From the IMG/VR virus record IMGVR_UViG_3300008117_000060: a DNA stretch of 64,000 nt. One strand, written 5' to 3'. Of the stretch, positions 1 through 6,942 are shown in pieces; position 1 is the stretch's first letter, and each line of letters starts with the position of its first letter. This stretch comes from an uncultured virus (IMG/VR IMGVR_UViG_3300008117_000060). Its lineage: Duplodnaviria; Heunggongvirae; Uroviricota; Caudoviricetes. A program made the position numbers and the translations under genes. Below the pieces are notes generated by a model. That model did no database searches and was not told the DNA's origin. It worked only from the letters and a program-made list of their open reading frames with translations.

Positions 1-6
1 TTTGCA

Positions 7-53
7 TAGGTAAGATACCTAGGCCAGGCCGCCTGGCATAGGTAAACTCCCTA
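7..53. repeat. Dyad element copy 1: two TAGG-N7-CCTA sites around a GC-rich palindromic spacer
   Basis: TAGGtaagataCCTA (7-21) and TAGGtaaactcCCTA (39-53); spacer contains GCCAGG-ccg-CCTGGC. Confidence 0.85.
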
Positions 54-65
54 GTCGAAAGGCAT

Positions 66-87
66 AAAAAAGGCGGCTTTCGCCGCC
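66..87 (-). terminator. Intrinsic terminator after 96..440
   Basis: GGCGGC-tttc-GCCGCC hairpin with A6 on its left (U-tract on the minus strand). Confidence 0.75.
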
Positions 88-95
88 CCCGTAGG

Positions 96-440
96 TTATT
101 CACCGAAGTCGCATTCGGTCTGGCTCTCATAGTAGCTGTCGAGATAGCTGTCCTCGCCCCCAAGCGAACCGCCATAATCTTCGTCGGTGCCATAACCCGC
201 GCTCGCGAGAGCTTCGGCATCGTCGCTCATATCATGGCAGCGGGGTTCGCCGTCCTCGGCGGGAGTTTGATCGTCGTCAAACTCGCTCATATCGTCGCCC
301 TCAAAAAGAGGGTGTGGGCGGGTGGCCCAATCGTGATCGGCTTCCTGCGCGTCCCGCGCTTCCTCGCGCTGGGCATCGTAGATTTCGTTCATTTCGGCGG
401 CGGCGGCGTGCATGTCTTCGGCGGTGATAGAGAATTGCAT
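96..440 (-). CDS. Highly acidic small early protein
   Basis: ORF 96..506 trimmed to MQFSITAEDM; promoter at 479-506; N-terminus matches paralog at 1958..2110. Confidence 0.75.
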   Translation of the reverse strand: MQFSITAEDMHAAAAEMNEIYDAQREEARDAQEADHDWATRPHPLFEGDDMSEFDDDQTPAEDGEPRCHDMSDDAEALASAGYGTDEDYGGSLGGEDSYLDSYYESQTECDFGE

Positions 441-478
441 AAGAGAGGATGGATTAGAGGTTAACTGACTACGCGCAT

Positions 479-506
479 AGAATAACAGAAAAAAGAAAAC
501 GCGCAA
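479..506 (-). promoter_or_regulatory. sigma70-type promoter P1
   Basis: TTGCGC-N16-TATTCT with A-rich UP-like tract. Confidence 0.7.
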
Positions 507-621
507 ATCATTTTTATTCTTTTTTTAGGGGGGCAATTCGAAACTCGGATGCAACAAATATCAAATAGGCATTTATCTAATAAAAAATGGGCAAAACTCT
601 CGAATTCGCTCGAAAACCTCC

Positions 622-668
622 TAAGTGTTTTACCTAGCCCAGGGCCCCTGGCGTAGGTAAACTCCCTA
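622..668. repeat. Dyad element copy 2
   Basis: TAAGtgttttaCCTA (622-636), TAGGtaaactcCCTA (654-668); spacer CCAGGG-c-CCCTGG. Confidence 0.85.
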
Positions 669-675
669 AGCATTC

Positions 676-1272
676 TTATAGGCAACCTAGGAAAAGTTTT
701 GCCTCTTCTTCGCGGCGGGAAACTAAGCCTTGCAAGGTTTTTCCGCTTGCTTTCGTGTAGCGTTGCATGATGCGGGGCGTTGAACTATAATCGCCGCTGT
801 TCAAGCGTCCTCTTCCATTCACTAGGCGCGAAAGGTTTTCTTCGCCGCAATTATAGCAGAAAGAAATCAAGGCAGCACGTTGAAAAGCTGAAAGCGGCAC
901 TTTCACAATCTCATCCACCTTCGCGGCATAGAAAGGAATTATTTCTTGGCTTAGGATGCGGCTTGCTTCTTTTTCTGTTATGGTTTTGCGCCTGATATAC
1001 TTGGACGCTGTGAAGCCATAGCCGATGGTCAGTTTTCCAGCGGGGCAAAGATAAGGCTTGGCAGAAAAGCCCTCTTTCTCTTTGATCAAGTGAAGAAGCA
1101 AAGCGTTTGCTTGTTCATCTTGGGAGCGTTCCAAGAAAGGCGCGGGTTTCAAGAAGTGAACAGGCGGGATTTGCGGTTCAACGGGTCTTTCGCGCTTCTC
1201 TTTGATTTGAACTAGCAAGTGAAGTTCGTAAGCAATGAAGCAAAGATTAAAGAGCAGAAAAAGCTTTTTCAT
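676..1272 (-). CDS. GH24 phage lysozyme/endolysin with N-terminal hydrophobic anchor
   Basis: EGFSAKPYLCPAGKLTIGYG (E-x8-C-x5-T), ALISFCYNCG, GLVSRREEE. Confidence 0.9.
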   Translation of the reverse strand: MKKLFLLFNLCFIAYELHLLVQIKEKRERPVEPQIPPVHFLKPAPFLERSQDEQANALLLHLIKEKEGFSAKPYLCPAGKLTIGYGFTASKYIRRKTITEKEASRILSQEIIPFYAAKVDEIVKVPLSAFQRAALISFCYNCGEENLSRLVNGRGRLNSGDYSSTPRIMQRYTKASGKTLQGLVSRREEEAKLFLGCL

Positions 1273-1274
1273 AT

Positions 1275-1400
1275 TTACACAGCAGTGGCAGAAACCAAAA
1301 ACACAAGAATAAACGTGAGCAGTTGAGCGGTGATCGGGTCAGTGATGAAAAACGGAGCGGCAAACAGCAAGAACAGGAAGGGAGGAAGGATGTATTTCAT
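1275..1400 (-). CDS. 41-aa membrane protein, possible holin
   Basis: MKYILPPFLFLLFAAPFF...LLTFILVFLVSATAV: two hydrophobic segments, directly upstream of the lysozyme. Confidence 0.5.
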   Translation of the reverse strand: MKYILPPFLFLLFAAPFFITDPITAQLLTFILVFLVSATAV

Positions 1401-1437
1401 AGCGTTGGAAGATAGCGGGTTTTTCTGGCTTGGCAAA

Positions 1438-1716
1438 TTAAAATTGAATCTGTGCTGTGAAAAGGCTGCGATATTCGCCGCCCTTGATGACAAAGGTTGC
1501 GATTTCTTTTCCTGTTTTCTTGCTGATGCGAATACCCTTGAAGCTTTCCACTTCGAAGCTTTGAACGCCGTGTTCGGTTTCATAGTTCACGGTGCGAAGG
1601 GAAGCGAGCACAGAATCAAGAACGTCTGGCGTTGTGCTGTGGTCCTGCGTGCGCTTGGCAGGCGCGTTGTTGAGGATGGCGAGGACTTGTTCGTTGGAGA
1701 GCATTTTCTTTTGCAT
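1438..1716 (-). CDS. Hypothetical early protein
   Basis: ATG at 1716 (MQKKMLSNEQ) lies 5 nt after the -10 box of P2. Confidence 0.7.
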   Translation of the reverse strand: MQKKMLSNEQVLAILNNAPAKRTQDHSTTPDVLDSVLASLRTVNYETEHGVQSFEVESFKGIRISKKTGKEIATFVIKGGEYRSLFTAQIQF

Positions 1717-1721
1717 GTCTA

Positions 1722-1749
1722 AAGATACCACAAGCAACCAAAGGCGCAA
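1722..1749 (-). promoter_or_regulatory. sigma70-type leaderless promoter P2
   Basis: TTGCGC-N16-TATCTT-N5-ATG. Confidence 0.7.
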
Positions 1750-1866
1750 ACTCTTTTTTATTCTTTTTTATAGGGCGAAACAGGGGAAAAATTAGCGTGC
1801 CAGGTTCTTAGAAAAGATTTTTTTCTTTTTCGTTGACAAGGCGCGAAAAACTCTCTCGCATGTTCT

Positions 1867-1960
1867 TAGGTGTGGAGCTTAGGGAAGATACCTAGGCCAA
1901 GGCCCTTGGGGTAGGTAAACCTCCTAGGAGCCTCACCTATCCCCCTAGGGAAACCCCCTA
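1867..1960. repeat. Dyad element copy 3 plus three extra TAGG-N7-CCTA sites
   Basis: Sites at 1867-1881 (ends CTTA), 1880-1894, 1912-1926, 1925-1939, 1946-1960; central spacer CCAAGG-c-CCTTGG. Confidence 0.85.
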
Positions 1961-2110
1961 GAGCAAGTCGCGCTCATCCCTAGTCCATCGCTGTAGCCAC
2001 TGCTCGTCTGTTTCCTGCGCTTGGATAGCTTCTTCTCGTAGGGCATCGAAGCGTTCGTTGTATTCGCTGGCTAGGGCGTGCATCTCTTCGGCAGTAGGTG
2101 TGAATTGCAT
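1958..2110 (-). CDS. 50-aa acidic protein, paralog of 96..440
   Basis: Hand translation MQFTPTAEEMHALASEYNERFDALREEAIQAQETDEQW...; below the ORF-track cutoff. Confidence 0.75.
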   Translation of the reverse strand: MQFTPTAEEMHALASEYNERFDALREEAIQAQETDEQWLQRWTRDERDLL

Positions 2111-2127
2111 GGTGTGTGTGTGTGTGG

Positions 2128-2346
2128 TTAGCGATTGGCGGCAAGCTTGGCAAGCGTGGCAGAGTTAAGGGGCGCAACGCCTACACGCTCAGGGCATCCA
2201 AGAGAAACCCAAGTCTCTACATCTTGCGCCGTCATTGTTGCGTAGGGCGAGAAGTCGCACTCGACTTCTTTGCCGTTGGCAAGGGTGACAAAGTGATAAA
2301 GGCGGTTGCCTTCTTCTGTGCGGTCTATTTCAGTTCTGTATTGCAT
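2128..2346 (-). CDS. Hypothetical early protein
   Basis: MQYRTEIDRT..., start 9 nt after the -10 of P3 (TTGCGC-N16-TACTAT, 2356-2383). Confidence 0.7.
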   Translation of the reverse strand: MQYRTEIDRTEEGNRLYHFVTLANGKEVECDFSPYATMTAQDVETWVSLGCPERVGVAPLNSATLAKLAANR

Positions 2347-2386
2347 GGTAGTGGTATAGTAAAGAGATTGAAGGTGAGCGCAAGAG

Positions 2387-2548
2387 TTATTTTGTCCAAT
2401 CGCTTGCGATGTTGTAGATGTAGCTTTTGCTCTTGCTTGTGTGTGTGTTAACGATTTTGCCATCGAGCACAAGATTCAAAGTCCAGTATTCGTGACGAGT
2501 GTTGGCAAGGCGATGGCCGATGACTACTGTTTTCGTTTGTTTTTCCAT
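2387..2548 (-). CDS. Hypothetical early protein
   Basis: MEKQTKTVVIGH..., start 6 nt after the -10 of P4 (TTGCGT-N16-TACTAT, 2555-2582). Confidence 0.7.
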   Translation of the reverse strand: MEKQTKTVVIGHRLANTRHEYWTLNLVLDGKIVNTHTSKSKSYIYNIASDWTK

Positions 2549-2585
2549 AGGGATATAGTAGAGAGATGAGAGAGAAACGCAAGAA

Positions 2586-2708
2586 TTATTTTGTGATTTT
2601 AGGGAGCCACTTGTGAACGTAGGCAAGCCATGCCTCACGGCTTGGGAAGAAGCGCACGGGCCAAAGTTTTTCGGCCATTTCAAGAAGGGGGGCAGGGATC
2701 GTTTCCAT
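2586..2708 (-). CDS. 40-aa hypothetical early protein
   Basis: METIPAPLLEMAEKLWPVRFFPSREAWLAYVHKWLPKITK; follows P5. Confidence 0.65.
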   Translation of the reverse strand: METIPAPLLEMAEKLWPVRFFPSREAWLAYVHKWLPKITK

Positions 2709-2710
2709 GT

Positions 2711-2743
2711 TGAGAGTATAGGGGAAAAGGTTAAACGTGCAAG
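2711..2743 (-). promoter_or_regulatory. Promoter P5 (33 bp identical to P6)
   Basis: TTGCAC-N16-TATACT-N6-ATG. Confidence 0.8.
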
Positions 2744-2755
2744 GGTTTTTTTTCG

Positions 2756-2932
2756 TTAAAATGCAGCTTCGACTTCTGCCAAGGCTTCTGCCACTTCGCG
2801 CAAGCGGTAAGCGACGAAGTCACGCGCCCCATCTTGCAAGGGTTGCGCCATGAGGGTTTCCAAGTTTTCCTTCTTGGCGGTCAGCAGCATCTTGCATTCG
2901 ATGAGAGTGGAGAGAGAGATTTTGTTTTCCAT
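2756..2932 (-). CDS. 58-aa hypothetical early protein
   Basis: MENKISLSTLIECKMLL...EVEAAF; follows P6. Confidence 0.7.
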   Translation of the reverse strand: MENKISLSTLIECKMLLTAKKENLETLMAQPLQDGARDFVAYRLREVAEALAEVEAAF

Positions 2933-2934
2933 AG

Positions 2935-2967
2935 TGAGAGTATAGGGGAAAAGGTTAAACGTGCAAG
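2935..2967 (-). promoter_or_regulatory. Promoter P6 (33 bp identical to P5)
   Basis: TTGCAC-N16-TATACT-N6-ATG. Confidence 0.8.
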
Positions 2968-2977
2968 CGATTTTGTT

Positions 2978-3184
2978 TTATTTCGCCATCTTTTTCAGGA
3001 TGGCGGAAAAGGCAGCGTATTCGTTGCGATAGTATTCTTCGCTATCGTAACCTTTTTCTTCTGCCCATTGAGCAGCACCGTCCAGTTCTTCCATCTTGGA
3101 TTCGATGGCTTGGCGAACTTTGACCCACTCAAGAACGGTGAGCGTTTGGGCTTCAGTGGCGGAGAGATTGATTTTGTTTTCCAT
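2978..3184 (-). CDS. Hypothetical early protein
   Basis: MENKINLSATEAQ..., start 6 nt after the -10 of P7 (TTGCAA-N16-TATCCT, 3191-3218). Confidence 0.7.
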   Translation of the reverse strand: MENKINLSATEAQTLTVLEWVKVRQAIESKMEELDGAAQWAEEKGYDSEEYYRNEYAAFSAILKKMAK

Positions 3185-3546
3185 GTTGAGAGGATACATG
3201 ATTCCACAGCCTTTGCAAGCGTAGCGTGCGTTTTTTTTTCGTTTTTTTAGCGGGGTATTTTTTAGCGTGCCAAGTTTGGAAAAAAGATTTTTTATTTTTC
3301 GCTTGACAGGGTTGACCCTACCCCATTTCCAGGAAAGTTTGGGTGCCAAGGTTTGCCAGGACCCAGGGGGGTGGGTTTTTTCAATCTATCCTTCAATTTT
3401 CATCAACCCACTATGGTTTGTATATTCCTCTAGTGTTTCTATTAGTGTTTCTTCTTCTCTTACTCATCTCTACCCTGCCCCCACCCCATTATCAAAAAAC
3501 TCGGACCCAAGAGAGAAAAACCTCTCTATTAAAACTAGAAAAAAAA

Positions 3547-3954
3547 TCAACCCAGCTTTTCAAAAAACCCTTTTTCAGAAGAGTAGAAGAATTTCTTGAA
3601 TCCAGTTTGGCGCAAAACTCTCTCACAGTTGGGGCAAGGCTTTGCCAAAGCGAGTTTGTTGTTGCCATCTATGCGCACATTCACAAAAGAGAGGCGGCTC
3701 AAGTCTTCCTCGCCCAATTTTAAAATGGCGCTAATCTCCGAGTGCAAGCAAGGCTGGTATTTTTCAGGGTTGGTTTTGTAACCAATGTATTTTCCCACTT
3801 TGTGATATGGATGATGCTTGCGATAGTCATTGTAGCCAATGCTAACCAAGCGTTTCTTGTCAAAAATAAAAGTGGCATGAAAGCTGCGGCCATTTTGTTT
3901 TTTGGGCTTTAGCCCTTTGGTTATTTCCACGCATTTTTCTAAAGTTTTCTTCAT
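3547..3954 (-). CDS. Zinc-dependent cytidine/dCMP deaminase-fold protein
   Basis: HSE...PCPNC (HxE/PCxxC) motifs. Confidence 0.8.
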   Translation of the reverse strand: MKKTLEKCVEITKGLKPKKQNGRSFHATFIFDKKRLVSIGYNDYRKHHPYHKVGKYIGYKTNPEKYQPCLHSEISAILKLGEEDLSRLSFVNVRIDGNNKLALAKPCPNCERVLRQTGFKKFFYSSEKGFFEKLG

Positions 3955-3987
3955 TGGTGTAAATTAACATAATACAAGAAAAGGTCA

Positions 3988-4896
3988 ATGTCAAAATTCA
4001 TTAAATACACTAATGTTCCTGTTTTCGCGAATTTTAGCACCGCAAACCAAGCTCCGCTAACAGGAGGCGCTGGTGCTGATTTGATGGCGGCAAACGAAGT
4101 GAGCATAAATTTTGACACATCCCTAGAGCCGCGAAAATACTTGGGCAAAACTCCCATCAGCAACGACTACTCACCAACCGCGCCACTAGCTGCCAAACTT
4201 TCTTTTTCTTGGTTTCCCATGATTGGGGAGAACGCGAATTCTCGCAGCATTTCTCAAACAGGAGTGTTAGCTCTCACAGGAGAGTTTGAAACTGGACATC
4301 AGATCAGAGTGGGCAATTTCTTGTTCAAAGATTGTCACCTTAATTCTTATTCGATTCAAATCACCCCCTATCAGCCAATTGTTTTTAGCGCGGACTTTAA
4401 CAGCTACGATGTGGACACAATTGAGGGCCAAACTTTCACTGGTATGGCAAATGCGCCAAGTCTTTTAAAAGAAGCTGGCACAGGAGCTTACTTTGATTCT
4501 TTGCACGCTTTGGCAGTTGGCATCACAGGCAACCTAGAACCTTTGCCTCAAAGCAAAAAGAGCGCTCAGATTGGTGTTTCCTGCTCTCGCACTCCAGTTT
4601 ATACAATTGGTTACAAAACACCAGAAAGAGTTCTTTTGAACAGCGTTGAGCGCACAGTGACCATTGAGGGCGAAAACGTGGGGCAAATCATTGACTTTAA
4701 TGGCAGCGGCGATGGTTCTTTTGTGAGTTTTAGATTTTCTCCTTTTAGATACTTTATCACTGGAACTTCTTTCAATCCTCGCGAGGATTACAAACTGGCA
4801 ATTGATGTGAGCGGCAAAATCACTAGCCAATCTTTAACCCAGCAGCAAGGAAATTCTTTAAACGGTTCAGTTACCATCAGAGAAAACATTTATTAA
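3988..4896 (+). CDS. Tail-tube-like structural protein
   Basis: beta-rich; SRTPVYTIG resembles SRTPIERLG in 17696..18841. Confidence 0.5.
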   Translation: MSKFIKYTNVPVFANFSTANQAPLTGGAGADLMAANEVSINFDTSLEPRKYLGKTPISNDYSPTAPLAAKLSFSWFPMIGENANSRSISQTGVLALTGEFETGHQIRVGNFLFKDCHLNSYSIQITPYQPIVFSADFNSYDVDTIEGQTFTGMANAPSLLKEAGTGAYFDSLHALAVGITGNLEPLPQSKKSAQIGVSCSRTPVYTIGYKTPERVLLNSVERTVTIEGENVGQIIDFNGSGDGSFVSFRFSPFRYFITGTSFNPREDYKLAIDVSGKITSQSLTQQQGNSLNGSVTIRENIY

Positions 4897-4913
4897 AGTG
4901 TAATATCTCTTGA

Positions 4914-5636
4914 ATGGCCAAATCCAAAAAGTCTTCTGAGGGTTCTCTCGAAATCGGTTCGATGGAACGTAAAATTGAGTTCAAGCAGCGCAAATTCAAA
5001 TTTTCCGAAAAACAAAAACAACTGCTCGACATTTGTTTAAACCCCGAAACAAAAATAGTTTTTATAGCGGGTCCAGCAGGCAGCGCGAAAACTTACATGA
5101 GCGTTTATTCTGCTTTGAATCTGTTGGCAGCAAACAAAGATTGGGACTTGACATACATTCGCAGCATTGCTGAGAGCGGCGACAAAGGCTTGGGCAGTTT
5201 GCCAGGCACTGTGGACGAGAAGTTCATGCCCTTTCTCTTGCCTCTTGAGGACAAAATGGATGAAATCATCACTGCGCCAACAATGGTGTCTCTGCGCAAA
5301 GATGGCGTGATCAATGCCATGCCAGTAAACTTTGTGCGCGGCTCAAGCTGGCAAAATAAAATTGTTGTTTGCGACGAGTGCCAAAACTTTTCTAAAAAGG
5401 AACTTGTAACGCTTTTAACTCGCGTTGGCGAGAATGCCAAGATTTTCTTGTCTGGCGACTTGATGCAGAGCGACATTCGCAACAGTGGATTCTCTCAGTT
5501 CTTGGAATGTTTCGATAACGATGAAAGTCGAGCGCAAGGCATTCACGTTTTCAAGTTTGACAAGACTGACATTTTCCGCAGTGAAATCCTCAAATTCATC
5601 ATCGAAAAAATTGAAAACATGGATAAAAAAGTGTAA
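4914..5636 (+). CDS. phoH: PhoH-family ATPase
   Basis: GPAGSAKT, LGSLPG, FVRGSS, DECQN, LTRVG, GDLMQSD. Confidence 0.92.
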   Translation: MAKSKKSSEGSLEIGSMERKIEFKQRKFKFSEKQKQLLDICLNPETKIVFIAGPAGSAKTYMSVYSALNLLAANKDWDLTYIRSIAESGDKGLGSLPGTVDEKFMPFLLPLEDKMDEIITAPTMVSLRKDGVINAMPVNFVRGSSWQNKIVVCDECQNFSKKELVTLLTRVGENAKIFLSGDLMQSDIRNSGFSQFLECFDNDESRAQGIHVFKFDKTDIFRSEILKFIIEKIENMDKKV

Positions 5637-5644
5637 CTTAGTAT

Positions 5645-5923
5645 ATGTCTGAAAAAGCATCTCTGAGTAAAGTCAGCCTCAATTGGTTCGAAGCAATTAA
5701 AAGCGTTGTGCTTGTTGTTGTTGGCGTGCTTGTTTTATGGCTAAACAGCAACTATGCTGCTGTGGCAGATTTAAAAGTTCTTGATAATAGAGTCGTAGAA
5801 GTCGAGTCCAAAACAAAAATACTTGACCAAAAAATGCAATCAATAGTTGAATTGATTAATACTAAACTTGAATATATAAAGCGAGACACTGACGAAATTA
5901 AAAAAGAATTAAAATCAAAATAA
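5645..5923 (+). CDS. Membrane-anchored coiled-coil protein
   Basis: One TM segment (VVLVVVGVLVLWL) followed by heptad-like region. Confidence 0.6.
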   Translation: MSEKASLSKVSLNWFEAIKSVVLVVVGVLVLWLNSNYAAVADLKVLDNRVVEVESKTKILDQKMQSIVELINTKLEYIKRDTDEIKKELKSK

Positions 5924-5924
5924 C

Positions 5925-6269
5925 ATGGCTCTTTCATTCTGTACCAACTGTGGCAATAAGATGACTTACTCAGTCTCTCCGCCAAACTTTTGCGGAAAAT
6001 GCGGTACAAAACTAAACGCCACTGTATCAGCCAAGGTTAACGCGCCAAGCAGAGGAAGAGAAGAGAGTTTTGAAGACGATGAAGACTCAGAAGAGTTTTC
6101 TAATGTTTCTGAAATTCCAAACTTGTCGTCCTTGGCTTATGAGATTGAAAACGATTCTGGCAATCGTAGCTATCAACTAGGCGAACTATTTGGCCAACCC
6201 AAAACATTCTCTAAAAGAAATCGTCCAATGTCTTTAGACGAACTTAAAGACAAACATGCCAAGACGTAA
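5925..6269 (+). CDS. Zinc-ribbon protein
   Basis: FCTNCG...FCGKCG. Confidence 0.75.
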   Translation: MALSFCTNCGNKMTYSVSPPNFCGKCGTKLNATVSAKVNAPSRGREESFEDDEDSEEFSNVSEIPNLSSLAYEIENDSGNRSYQLGELFGQPKTFSKRNRPMSLDELKDKHAKT

Positions 6270-6942
6270 AAAAATTCTTTTCGAGGAAAAACTACCCATC
6301 ATTGAAGTTGAGATACGCAAGCGCCGAAACAAGTGGCAGCTTAATGTATTGAAGTGGATGTCTTTTGAAGACGTTGAGCAAATTATTAAATTGCACGTTT
6401 TTAAGAAGTGGCACATGTGGGATCAGAAAAAAGCTCTTGAGCCTTGGCTTTCGCGCATCATTTCCAATCAGATTCGTAACCTGATTCGCAACAACTACAC
6501 AAACTATGTGAAGCCTTGCATGAATTGCCCTCACAATTTGGGCGATGAGTTTTGTGCTTTGAACATTAGCGGAGTGCAAGACTCTTCTTGCGAAAAGTAT
6601 GCAATTTGGACCAAAAGCAAGCGTCATGGCTACAACATCAAGCTGCCGCTTGAGCTTGAGAATCATTCTCGCGAAATCGAAGAGCTTTCGTTTGATCAAT
6701 TGGACTTTTCACAATCAGTTCATCTGCTCAACCAAGAAATGAAAAAAATCTTGTCGGAAAACTATTACCGCGCTTATGAAATGCTTTTCTTTGAGAAGCT
6801 ATCTGATGAAGAAGTTGCAAAGTTTCTTGGCTATCGCAGCAGCGAGAAAAACCGCAAGATTGGTTACAAGCAAATTAAAAATCTTAAAAAACTTTTCCGA
6901 GACAAGGCAATTGAAATCTTAAAAAACAAAGATATTCTATGA
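6256..6942 (+). CDS. Phage sigma70/ECF-like sigma factor with Cys-rich insert
   Basis: Region 2-like EDVEQ...EPWLSRIISNQIRNLIR; region 4-like LSDEEVAKFLG. Confidence 0.7.
   Translation: MPRRKKILFEEKLPIIEVEIRKRRNKWQLNVLKWMSFEDVEQIIKLHVFKKWHMWDQKKALEPWLSRIISNQIRNLIRNNYTNYVKPCMNCPHNLGDEFCALNISGVQDSSCEKYAIWTKSKRHGYNIKLPLELENHSREIEELSFDQLDFSQSVHLLNQEMKKILSENYYRAYEMLFFEKLSDEEVAKFLGYRSSEKNRKIGYKQIKNLKKLFRDKAIEILKNKDIL

Noticed and set aside
7..1960. CRISPR array or integron attC sites for the palindromic repeats
   Set aside because: Copies are 0.6-1.2 kb apart with genes between them; no RYYYAAC/GTTRRRY ends; no cas1/cas2 or integrase in the window.
2112..2126. (GT)n microsatellite as a phase-variation switch
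   Set aside because: It is intergenic, forming a CA-rich leader before the ATG at 2110; the similar run near 2438 simply encodes THT.
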